From: a virus
Taxonomy: Duplodnaviria; Caudoviricetes
Virus record (IMG/VR): IMGVR_UViG_3300022204_000183
Length of the DNA: 42,772 nucleotides
Reading direction: 5' to 3' (one strand)
The translations under genes and the position numbers were made by a program. Positions within the stretch are counted from its first letter, which is position 1. Every line of letters starts with the position of its first letter. Below, piece by piece: positions 16,509 through 24,710 of this stretch. The notes below the pieces were generated by a model. The model was not told the DNA's origin and ran no database searches. It saw only the letters and a list, made by a program, of their open reading frames with translations.

Positions 16509-17302
16509 AACATGTGGCAGATTACGTAAACCCGTTCCTCAAACGGTTCGAGGAGGTGCAGGCGCGCCACGAGGCGGAGCTGGCGAAGTGCAACCTTTCA
16601 TGCAGGGTTACCGTGCCGAGCGAGACCCTCAAGAGCGAAGAGCCTGAGATTTTGAAAACCGCGATCGAGGATATCAGGTTCTCGCACAAGGGAAGCTGTG
16701 CCGGAGTCGAGGCCGCTGTCGCTGAGATAGAGAAACGGCTTCGCTATCTGAAAAATACCCGGATGGCGGCGTATCTGAAGGCGCAGGGGTTCTCGGAGCG
16801 GGACATCAGAGCTGTCCTTTTCTCGCCGCTGAATACACTCTATCCCGCCTGGCAGGCTGTTGATAAATACATGCGGGGGGGGTACGAGGGGCGGAGTTAC
16901 GGGACGGGTGATTGTCTGATACTCGCCGGACCGCCCGACGCGGGGAAGACATTCGCGGCAGTGTGGGGGGCGGCGCAGATCCGCAAGGGGCAGAGGTATA
17001 TTTTCTGTTCCGATATCTCGCCCAAACTGCGACACGAGCAGGGGTTTCTGGAATGGATGAGCAAAGCGCCGTTTCTGGTGCTCGACGATTACAACGGAGC
17101 GGGGAGCGATCCGCATTTCAACGAGGCGCTGAAAACGGTCTTTCATCATCGCCATGCCGGCAAGTTGGCGACGATAGTGACGACGAACAAGAACATGGAG
17201 GATTTCAAGGCGAGCCTGCCGGAGGTGATATTGTCGCGCCTGTCGAAACGCCGGGGTGGCTGGGGCGTATTTGTAGAGGTTGCAGGAAAGGGGGGGGAGT
17301 GA
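16505..17302 (+). CDS. DnaC/IstB-like ATPase (helicase loader)
   Basis: Walker A GPPDAGKT, Walker B LVLDD, TIVTTN, ILSRL. Confidence 0.85.
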   Translation: MKHVADYVNPFLKRFEEVQARHEAELAKCNLSCRVTVPSETLKSEEPEILKTAIEDIRFSHKGSCAGVEAAVAEIEKRLRYLKNTRMAAYLKAQGFSERDIRAVLFSPLNTLYPAWQAVDKYMRGGYEGRSYGTGDCLILAGPPDAGKTFAAVWGAAQIRKGQRYIFCSDISPKLRHEQGFLEWMSKAPFLVLDDYNGAGSDPHFNEALKTVFHHRHAGKLATIVTTNKNMEDFKASLPEVILSRLSKRRGGWGVFVEVAGKGGE

Positions 17303-17967
17303 TGGTAATTGAAGACATGAAATATATTGAATGCCCTGCTTGTGATGGCAAAGGCAGTACCGGTCATATGTTTGCTTGTGGGCAAAGTTCAGAATGGGAA
17401 AATGTCGATCTTGGATGCAATCTTGTTTGGCATTTTTGCCCAATGTGCAAGGGGAGGAAGAAACTGCCTTCCGGTCGGGATGGGTGGAAGATAGCAGGTG
17501 CTAACATGAGAGAAATTCGAGAAAGCATAAAATACTTTGTCGGTTCTGAGAATGGGCGTTGGTGTTTATCCGGTGATGGCGGCGATGGTTATGAACGGCG
17601 AAATCTGACAGTAGGTGAAACGGCCGAATATCATGATATACCGGCCAAGGAATTGCACAAGATGGAGCTTGGGGGAATGGATCTCTCAAAAATTGCGAAA
17701 TTATATATGCCAATGTACCTCTGGGCCGTAGACAAATGCTCCGTCGAGGGATGCGAATTACCCGGAGACCGTCTCTGTGATTATCCGGTATCAGATGATA
17801 AGAGCTGTGATTTTATTGTTTGCGAAGATCATTCGATTGAAATCGGGGTGGATATCCACCTATGCCATGTTCATGTTGAGTTCTACAAAAAAGCAAATGA
17901 TGCTTCCGGTATGCAAACGACAAGTAAGCTGCTGGGGCATGAGATATCCAGAAAGAGGGGGGAGTGA
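17302..17967 (+). CDS. Hypothetical multi-Cys protein
   Basis: CPACDGKG...CPMCKG (DnaJ-type CxxCxGxG-like) plus a C-terminal Cys/His cluster. Confidence 0.7.
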   Translation: MVIEDMKYIECPACDGKGSTGHMFACGQSSEWENVDLGCNLVWHFCPMCKGRKKLPSGRDGWKIAGANMREIRESIKYFVGSENGRWCLSGDGGDGYERRNLTVGETAEYHDIPAKELHKMELGGMDLSKIAKLYMPMYLWAVDKCSVEGCELPGDRLCDYPVSDDKSCDFIVCEDHSIEIGVDIHLCHVHVEFYKKANDASGMQTTSKLLGHEISRKRGE

Positions 17968-18254
17968 TGAAGTACCGGTATATGATTTCGTTTCAGTGCC
18001 CCCGGGTAGACGGCTCCGACATAGTTTACCGATGCGCCGAGTTGACCGCTGAAAACCCTATTCTCAGGGTGGCAGATTTCCGAGAAGGGTTATCTCAACT
18101 ACATCCAGAACTTGATATCCCCCATTTTGTGCCGACGTATTTTGCTTTGCTGGAAAAAATCCCTAGTCGAGCCGAGAAGGTGGGCTATTACGTCTATTAT
18201 TGCATCGTGGTTATGTTGTTTCTGTGGTTGGTAATTCATTTGGGGGGGGAGTGA
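17967..18254 (+). CDS. Hypothetical protein, C-terminal TM
   Basis: Coupled ORF with a hydrophobic C-terminus. Confidence 0.65.
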   Translation: MKYRYMISFQCPRVDGSDIVYRCAELTAENPILRVADFREGLSQLHPELDIPHFVPTYFALLEKIPSRAEKVGYYVYYCIVVMLFLWLVIHLGGE

Positions 18255-18820
18255 TGAGTAAAATATATAAAGTAAGCGAATGCAATAGGTGTCCTGATTT
18301 TGTCCGTTGTCGGCATCTTAGGTGTCAGACAGGATTTAAAGTTGGCAGGATTCATCCTGATTGCCCCCTTCCCGATGATACCAGCGAGAGCGAAACTAAT
18401 AGTAGCAGTGAAGAAATTGTATCACTAAGAATGCAACTATCAAAGATGCGAATAGCGAACAAGGAAGAGACCGACCAACTGAAAGCACAGGTGGCAGTGT
18501 TGCATGATATAGCCTCTAGCCTGCTGGAAAAGGTAGAAGAAAATGAGATAAATAGCGACTATCTGATATATAACCGCAAAATTAACGAATTGCCTAAAAC
18601 TGCTATCGAATACATGGAAGAGTATCGGCGGCTAAAAGACGAGATAACAACTATGGCAGATCGCAATCGTGCTTTGATTAGTGTAGTGGATAAGATGGAA
18701 GAGGTGTTAAAAAATGTTCTTAGGCGTGTAGAACCTCACTCAATAATTAAGGGCGACGATTCTTATTCTTTGTCAATGGGCATTGCCCAGACAATAACGG
18801 AGGCATTGAAAGATGTATAG
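18254..18820 (+). CDS. Hypothetical protein (Cys motif plus coiled coil)
   Basis: CNRC...HPDCPLP followed by a heptad-rich region. Confidence 0.7.
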   Translation: MSKIYKVSECNRCPDFVRCRHLRCQTGFKVGRIHPDCPLPDDTSESETNSSSEEIVSLRMQLSKMRIANKEETDQLKAQVAVLHDIASSLLEKVEENEINSDYLIYNRKINELPKTAIEYMEEYRRLKDEITTMADRNRALISVVDKMEEVLKNVLRRVEPHSIIKGDDSYSLSMGIAQTITEALKDV

Positions 18821-19010
18821 GTCAAACCGTCACGAGTCCAGCGTCTGCTTAGCGTGTAAGCATGAAGATTTTAATGAGAATTTTAATCACGGTATCGCCG
18901 ATACGGGAGACTATAGTGTGAGCTGTCCCAAGTGTGACGCCGGTGAAACAATGATATCAGATATTGATTATTTGAGTTTCGGCCCGTTTGAGGTGGGGAG
19001 AAAGATATGA
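18813..19010 (+). CDS. Small Zn-ribbon protein
   Basis: CLAC...CPKC. Confidence 0.6.
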   Translation: MYRSNRHESSVCLACKHEDFNENFNHGIADTGDYSVSCPKCDAGETMISDIDYLSFGPFEVGRKI

Positions 19011-19303
19011 AAGGTAAGGCACCGGGGGGCGGGGCGTTCGAGGTGTTTTTATATACTGGTATGGTAGGTGCGTTGCTAGGCTCGGGGGAATTTCTAATGG
19101 CTATGATGATGTTCATGGTCTATCTCTATTTTCTCGCAAATATGATCGTTCAATCACTTAAACAGGCACTGGCTCCCCGCGTTCGCGAGGATGACAAGAA
19201 GGGTGAGGCATTGAACGCGCCTGATGGCGCACCACAGACTGAAGTCTATGCTACCAAAACGGGAAGCGGGGATGACAGGGCGGAAGGGATGCAGGATGGA
19301 TAA
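19007..19303 (+). CDS. Hypothetical membrane protein carrying repeat-encoded LAPRVREDD
   Basis: Two hydrophobic segments; ATGA coupling. Confidence 0.6.
   Translation: MKGKAPGGGAFEVFLYTGMVGALLGSGEFLMAMMMFMVYLYFLANMIVQSLKQALAPRVREDDKKGEALNAPDGAPQTEVYATKTGSGDDRAEGMQDG
19169..19196 (+). repeat. 28-bp palindromic repeat, copy 6 (a half copy GCGGGGATGACA lies at 19266-19277)
   Basis: CTGGCTCCCCGC-GTTC-GCGAGGATGACA. Confidence 0.92.
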
Positions 19304-19517
19304 AATAAAAATCGAAACTGATGGGCAGAGGACGAACATAACATACGGTGGAAAACCCGTGAAGCATATTACCAAAGCGGTGATTGAAATGACTCCCAGA
19401 ACCAAGACGCTCACATTGACGGTTGACGACCTTTTTGACCTGGATGCAGAGTTCCCGCCGGAGTTTTGCCGGATAGTGAAAGAGAAGACAGTTGAAATAA
19501 AGGGGGAAGGGGGATGA
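19296..19517 (+). CDS. Hypothetical protein
   Basis: MDKIKIETDG...; coupled ORF. Confidence 0.65.
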   Translation: MDKIKIETDGQRTNITYGGKPVKHITKAVIEMTPRTKTLTLTVDDLFDLDAEFPPEFCRIVKEKTVEIKGEGG

Positions 19518-19942
19518 GATGTGAGAACTGCGACGAGTACGACATAGAGCCTTTGGCATGTGATCCGACGGATCCATACTGTCACGGCGTGGATGACTAT
19601 CTGAAGAGAGAAGAAGCCGGAGAGGTTATTCCTGCGAGCGGCTGTCCGAAAAAAGCTGTGGAGGTAAAAGTAAAAACGACTCCACCGCCGGAAGGGCGGT
19701 ATTGCATCCGTGACACGATAGACCGGAGGGAGATATGCGAGAGGTATCTGTACAGCACCCATAGAGATGAAATATTTTGCGGCAAACCGCGTGACGGGAA
19801 GTATTTGGCGATTGAGCATGAAAAAACATTCGGTCGCCGTCCGCTCAAAATCAGGGAGTGTTTAGAGGAGACGACAAAGCAACTGGATCCCCGCGTTCGC
19901 GAGGATGACAAAGAGGGGGATAACGATGAACGGGGAGAATGA
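19514..19942 (+). CDS. Hypothetical Cys-rich protein ending in repeat-encoded LDPRVREDD
   Basis: MRCENC...C...C...CP; ATGA coupling. Confidence 0.65.
   Translation: MRCENCDEYDIEPLACDPTDPYCHGVDDYLKREEAGEVIPASGCPKKAVEVKVKTTPPPEGRYCIRDTIDRREICERYLYSTHRDEIFCGKPRDGKYLAIEHEKTFGRRPLKIRECLEETTKQLDPRVREDDKEGDNDERGE
19883..19910 (+). repeat. 28-bp palindromic repeat, copy 7
   Basis: CTGGATCCCCGC-GTTC-GCGAGGATGACA. Confidence 0.95.
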
Positions 19943-20138
19943 GCAGGTGCAGGGGGGGGCGGCGGAAGGGCGGAGATTTATCGGCGTGACCGCCGTGGCA
20001 AAGCGCTGGGATGTCTCCGAAAGCACTGTTCGCCGTCGCCTGGAAGAAGGGTATCTTCGCGCGCTCAAGGTGGGGCGGCTCTATAAAATACTGCTGTCAT
20101 CGGTTCACGAATACGAAAAGAACAACATGAACTGCTAG
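19926..20138 (+). CDS. Excisionase-like / MerR-type HTH DNA-binding protein
   Basis: VTAVAKRWDVSESTVRRRLEEGYLRALKVGRLYKI (HTH_17-like). Confidence 0.82.
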   Translation: MNGENEQVQGGAAEGRRFIGVTAVAKRWDVSESTVRRRLEEGYLRALKVGRLYKILLSSVHEYEKNNMNC

Positions 20139-20303
20139 TTTGCCCCTCCTCTGTTCCTTCTTTAGCATCTATAGCCCCGCAAGCGTCACAACGACCGCTA
20201 ATTAATTCAAATTCGTCATATCCTATAGCCAATTATAGCAACAGACATTAACCAGAGACCGGGAACTGCAAAATGAAATGATCAAACAACAGGGGTTACG
20301 AGG

Positions 20304-20549
20304 TTGGATGCGGAACAAGTCGATGCGATAGCCGAAGCACTATATAAAAAGTTCGAAGAGCGCGGCGCTTCTCGCGCCTACGTCAGCGCTTCTACAGGAA
20401 TCCCCAACTGCTTTTTCTACACTCCTAAAGACAACATCCTCATCGGTGTGAAACGAATCCTCTGGTACATGGTCATTGCCGCCGCCGCCGGAGTGGTACT
20501 GCTCCTCAAATCGCCACGCGAGGTCTGGCACATCCTGACGGGGAACTGA
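20304..20549 (+). CDS. Hypothetical membrane protein
   Basis: C-terminal TM ILWYMVIAAAAGVVLLL; start of the late region. Confidence 0.6.
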   Translation: MDAEQVDAIAEALYKKFEERGASRAYVSASTGIPNCFFYTPKDNILIGVKRILWYMVIAAAAGVVLLLKSPREVWHILTGN

Positions 20550-21397
20550 TGATAATCATCCATCACGACGACTATGACGGGCGATGCTCTGCCGCGCTGG
20601 TGAAGCTGAAACATCCAGGAGCGAGGCTTCACGCCATCGACTACAAGGACAACTTCCCGATACAGTCCATAGCCGACAAGGAAGAGGTATGGCTCCTTGA
20701 TTATTGTCCGCAAGGGGCGCTGGAGCTCGATTTCCTCCTAGCCAAAACATACAACGTGACATGGATAGACCATCACAACACCGCTCACCTGAAAAAACTT
20801 CCAGGCTTTCATGTGCTTCAGCGTCGTGCCGTGTCGCGCGACACCAGCAAGAGCGCCGCCCTGCTCACATGGGAGCATCTATACCCCGATGCGGAAGCTC
20901 CGCAATTCGTGCAGTTGATAAACGATTTTGACCTTTTCAAATTCGCCTACGGGGAGGCAACGACGCATTTTATTGCCGGTATCTCTGCCGAAGATACCGC
21001 CGCCGATTCGCCGCTGTGGGGGAAGCTGATGAATGACGATTACCTGTTCAAGAAGATCATTCACAACGGGAAGATCATAAACCGCGCCTCCGTGATGGCG
21101 GGGAGTGAGTATCTCGGCAGGTGGGGGTATGAGACGGTATTTGAAAACCACATTTCGATAGCCTGCAACATGGGGCGGCCCGTGAATGATCTGTTCGCGG
21201 GGGTACGCAACAAGTATCCGGTGATGATCGCGTACGCTTATGACGGGGAGAAATACTCAGTCTCTCTCTACACGACCGATCCTGATATAGACGTTTCCGA
21301 GATAGCGGCGAAGTATGGCGGCGGGGGACATCGAGGGGCGGCAGGGTTCATCTGTGCCGAGTTGCCGTTTAAAAAATTCCAAATTCAATACAACTAG
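20549..21397 (+). CDS. DHH/DHHA1 phosphoesterase (nanoRNase-like)
   Basis: HHDDYDG, LLD, WIDHH, DFD and GGGGHRGAAGF motifs. Confidence 0.92.
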   Translation: MIIIHHDDYDGRCSAALVKLKHPGARLHAIDYKDNFPIQSIADKEEVWLLDYCPQGALELDFLLAKTYNVTWIDHHNTAHLKKLPGFHVLQRRAVSRDTSKSAALLTWEHLYPDAEAPQFVQLINDFDLFKFAYGEATTHFIAGISAEDTAADSPLWGKLMNDDYLFKKIIHNGKIINRASVMAGSEYLGRWGYETVFENHISIACNMGRPVNDLFAGVRNKYPVMIAYAYDGEKYSVSLYTTDPDIDVSEIAAKYGGGGHRGAAGFICAELPFKKFQIQYN

Positions 21398-21407
21398 GGG
21401 AGAAGCG

Positions 21408-21950
21408 ATGAAGATATGTATTGATCCAGGTCACGGCGGTTCTGCTTTAGGGGCAGTTGGTCCCGGGGGAACATTCGAGAAGGACATCAATCTATCGGTT
21501 GCTCTCTACCTCTCTATGGGTCTACGCGCATTCGGGCACACTGTGGAGCTCACTCGGTCGGACGATTCCACCGTCTCTCTACAGGAGCGTTGCGCGATTG
21601 CCAATGACTTTTCGGCTGACCTCTTTCTATCCATCCACTGCAACGCGAATGAAGATAGAACCGTCACGGGTATCGAGTGTTATACCACCAAAGGGGAGAC
21701 CGAATCGGATCGCTGGGCGGAATTGATTAAAGCCTCGCTTATGGAGCACTTCCCGGGTCACAAGGATTTTGCGGGTAAGGGTTTGTCGGAAGAGAATTTC
21801 TACGTTCTCAAGCATACGCGTATGCCAGCCGTTCTGGTAGAGCTCGAATTCATTTCAAATCCTGAAATGGAGCAGGTCTTGAAAGAGAAGGACTCCGTCT
21901 TCGCCTCGGCGATAATCGCCGCGATGCCGCTAAACAGGGGTGAAGAGTGA
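21408..21950 (+). CDS. N-acetylmuramoyl-L-alanine amidase (Amidase_3) endolysin
   Basis: IDPGHGG, EKDINL, LSIHCNA, PAVLVELEFISN. Confidence 0.95.
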   Translation: MKICIDPGHGGSALGAVGPGGTFEKDINLSVALYLSMGLRAFGHTVELTRSDDSTVSLQERCAIANDFSADLFLSIHCNANEDRTVTGIECYTTKGETESDRWAELIKASLMEHFPGHKDFAGKGLSEENFYVLKHTRMPAVLVELEFISNPEMEQVLKEKDSVFASAIIAAMPLNRGEE

Positions 21951-21989
21951 AACATAACTTCAAATCAAAGGAGAAAGGGAGGTAACGAC

Positions 21990-22313
21990 ATGGATATAGC
22001 AGTGATTGTTTCTATTTTAAAGCCGATTATAGCATCTGCGCTTTCAGGTATGGGAGCGGGGTTCATAATCAGCATGAAAAAACTTGTGAAGGAGGACAGG
22101 CCGGAAAGGTTCAACCTGGCGAAGCTCTTCTCTACCGGTGCGGTCGGTATGCTCCTCGGCGTTCTCGCCTATGCGCAGGGGTACGACCTGACAATGGCAA
22201 ACTACGACAGCTATCTCGCGGCAAACGCTCTTGCGGTAATGATGGCGCAATCGGTCTGGGAATTCGGCGTACGCATTTACGACCGATGGAAATCAGGTAA
22301 GGCGATACTCTGA
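21990..22313 (+). CDS. Putative holin
   Basis: 107 aa with 2-3 TM segments and a basic C-terminus, between two muralytic enzymes. Confidence 0.6.
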   Translation: MDIAVIVSILKPIIASALSGMGAGFIISMKKLVKEDRPERFNLAKLFSTGAVGMLLGVLAYAQGYDLTMANYDSYLAANALAVMMAQSVWEFGVRIYDRWKSGKAIL

Positions 22314-22834
22314 TGAAACGGCTCATCCTCGCGGTGCTGGTGTCGGTCACGCTGGAGGTGTTCAACGTCTCCATATACCTGATAAAGAAACTGAAGCATT
22401 TCCTTCTGCTCGTTATCGTGCTCTCCATAACATCCCCTTCGTCTGCATCCGCGTTCTGCTTCAAGAAGGCGGGGGAGATGTACGACATCGACCCGGCGTT
22501 CCTGAAAGCTATCGCCGTTACAGAATCGTCGCTCGATCCGAATGCCGTGAGGTGCGACGAGGACGGATTCAACTGCGACCGGTCTCTCATGCAGATAAAC
22601 GACCAGTGGGCAGATCTCGCTCCGGATGAATATGAACAGGCGATGTCATCCCCGTGCGATAACGTCCTCTTCGGCACGAAGATATTGAGCGAGTGCCTTG
22701 AGAAGTATGGGCGCACCCCGCGCGGGACCGGGTGCTACAACGTCGGATATATCACAACCAAGGGGAAAGAGCGCGCGGCAATGAGATACGCGCTTCGGGT
22801 CTATAGGAATTACGGCATTCTACAAGGAGGCTGA
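22313..22834 (+). CDS. Lytic transglycosylase (SLT-like) with a long hydrophobic N-terminus
   Basis: IDPAFLKAIAVTES, LMQIN, GCYN motifs. Confidence 0.88.
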   Translation: MKRLILAVLVSVTLEVFNVSIYLIKKLKHFLLLVIVLSITSPSSASAFCFKKAGEMYDIDPAFLKAIAVTESSLDPNAVRCDEDGFNCDRSLMQINDQWADLAPDEYEQAMSSPCDNVLFGTKILSECLEKYGRTPRGTGCYNVGYITTKGKERAAMRYALRVYRNYGILQGG

Positions 22835-22837
22835 ATC

Positions 22838-23386
22838 ATGGATCATTACGTCGGAAAGAAATTGGGAGAAGAGATAAGGCAGATCATATTGGCATTCTTT
22901 TTCGTGCTCGCCATGATGCTCGGACATTGCGGAAGCCCTGCGTTTGCGGAGGGGTCTGCCGCGCCCGTGCAGGAGTATGTCGAGGTCGAGGGGGTGGAAG
23001 GGCCGGAGCTTGAGAAGGCATGGGTCGTCGCGCCGTACCTGGTCGTCACATCACCTAAAAATTATCCAGACCTGAACGATCACCGAACGGGGAAGTTTCG
23101 AGGGAAGGAGCTGTTTCACCTCTTCACGAACCCGAAGAAGGGGCTGAAGGCGTATCTGGTGATAGATGAAGACGTGAACATGGAACTCTCGGACGGTCTG
23201 CCGAACGAGATAAAGGAGACCGTATGGCACCTCGTGAGACTTACGAACCGGCTACTTAACGAGGTGGGGAGCAGGACGGCATTGCGCGATGAAATTCAGA
23301 TAGAGCGTCGCCAGCTCGTCCTCGATAAGCATATGGAGCACAACTGCCCGATGCAACACGCCCCCTCCGGCGATGGGAGCATCTGA
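22838..23386 (+). CDS. Hypothetical exported/membrane protein
   Basis: N-terminal TM or signal segment; RBS AGGAGG; end of the lysis cassette. Confidence 0.65.
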   Translation: MDHYVGKKLGEEIRQIILAFFFVLAMMLGHCGSPAFAEGSAAPVQEYVEVEGVEGPELEKAWVVAPYLVVTSPKNYPDLNDHRTGKFRGKELFHLFTNPKKGLKAYLVIDEDVNMELSDGLPNEIKETVWHLVRLTNRLLNEVGSRTALRDEIQIERRQLVLDKHMEHNCPMQHAPSGDGSI

Positions 23387-23391
23387 AGAGC

Positions 23392-24009
23392 ATGGCAGGA
23401 ACCTTTGTCAAAGTAGACGATGCGGCTGTAAGGAAGATGCTGAAGTCTTTCCCAAAGACTGCCAAGACATCGGCACGCCTGGCGATCAATACAACGCTCC
23501 GCCACGCAAAGACGAAGATAACCAAATCAGACGGAGTCATAAGGCAAAAGCGGAAGATCAAAACAAAGAAGCTGAAAGATAACATATTGATCCTCACCGC
23601 TACCGGAGCGAAGTTGTTAGGCAAATTGTTCTCAAGGAGAAGTCCCGTCTCGCTCATTTATTACGGGGCTCGGCAAACAAGGACAGGTGTATCAATCAAC
23701 GTAACAGGAACCCGCAAGGTTATTAAGCATGCCTTCATCACTACGATAGGCGGGAATAAAGGAGTGTATACGCGAAAGGCCGACGAACACGGGAAGAGAG
23801 TGGGGCGGATGCCGATCTGGAAGCTATACAGCACAGCTGTAGATGAGGCGTTTGATACGGATGCCGTGAGGCGGGGCTTTGAGATAGCGGCTCGTAAGTT
23901 TGCCCCGGAGTTTTTTCGTCAGATGAAATGGCGCTTGCAAAAGGATGGTTGGATATTGAGAGGAACCTCGAACGTTGTAGATACCGTCTCCTCCTCATTC
24001 AACAAGTAG
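23392..24009 (+). CDS. Tail-completion protein, lambda gpZ-like
   Basis: Basic protein with ARLAINTT, HAFI, GVYTR and RMPIWKL patterns. Confidence 0.65.
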   Translation: MAGTFVKVDDAAVRKMLKSFPKTAKTSARLAINTTLRHAKTKITKSDGVIRQKRKIKTKKLKDNILILTATGAKLLGKLFSRRSPVSLIYYGARQTRTGVSINVTGTRKVIKHAFITTIGGNKGVYTRKADEHGKRVGRMPIWKLYSTAVDEAFDTDAVRRGFEIAARKFAPEFFRQMKWRLQKDGWILRGTSNVVDTVSSSFNK

Positions 24010-24043
24010 TCAAGGTGAGGATATACAGTGATAATAATAGCAC

Positions 24044-24105
24044 TCAAGGTACTCCCAGCGCCTCCTGCAAAGCGGGTGCGCAGAGGCGCGGAAAGTGGCT
24101 AGGTG
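24044..24105 (+). other. Candidate packaging-initiation (cos-like) region
   Basis: GC-rich non-coding patch (AAGGTACTCCC...GCGGGTGCGC...GGCGCGG) just upstream of the small terminase, as in lambda-type phages. Positional inference only. Confidence 0.3.
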
Positions 24106-24179
24106 TAAGCATTTGAAAAGTCATTTCGTTTCGTTTGGGAAAACAGATGAAAGAAGGAAAGGGTAACAGTAATTGAAGA

Positions 24180-24710
24180 ATGGGTTTGGCAAAGCATTGC
24201 ACGTTAAAGGATCTGATGGAGTGGACCGGGTACACGGACCGGCGCATTCAGCAACTTGTGGACGAAGGGGTTGTCAGGAGAGAAGGGCGCGGTAAGTACC
24301 TGCTTGCTGAATCTCTGACGGGACTGTTCCGTCATATAGAGATGCAGGCTAAGGCAGGAGACAAGGAGACCTTAACTGAAGCGGAGATCAGATACAAAAC
24401 CGCGAAGGCGGAAGAGACTGAATTCAAACTAGAGGTTGATAAAGGAAATTACTTTTACAAAGAGGATGTCCGACTTGCTGTATCGAACATGCTATCAACA
24501 TTCATCGCCCACATGCGCGCCTTGCCAACCAAGATGGCAATCCGCCTCGACGGATTGCCAAAAACTGAGATAAAGAAGGAGCTGGAATTTGGCATCCGTG
24601 ACTGCACCGACGAACTCCGAGAACTTGCTATCGCCCCTGAAAGAGGTCGAAAGGTTCCTCGCCGAAATAGCAAACGAAGTTCTAAGGATTCCGCCTCGGC
24701 GAAATCTTAG
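24180..24710 (+). CDS. Terminase small subunit (Nu1-like)
   Basis: N-terminal wHTH (TDRRIQQLVDEGV...GKYLL) plus coiled coil; overlaps the large subunit. Confidence 0.88.
   Translation: MGLAKHCTLKDLMEWTGYTDRRIQQLVDEGVVRREGRGKYLLAESLTGLFRHIEMQAKAGDKETLTEAEIRYKTAKAEETEFKLEVDKGNYFYKEDVRLAVSNMLSTFIAHMRALPTKMAIRLDGLPKTEIKKELEFGIRDCTDELRELAIAPERGRKVPRRNSKRSSKDSASAKS

Noticed and set aside
2070-19910. 28-bp repeat as a CRISPR array or integron attC sites
   Set aside because: Copies are 0.7-5.4 kb apart, one is inverted, there are no cas genes, and there are no RYYYAAC/GTTRRRY ends.
2070-19910. 28-bp repeat as rho-independent terminators
   Set aside because: No U-tract on the mRNA strand, a C/A mismatch in the mRNA-strand stem, and several copies lie within coupled ORFs.
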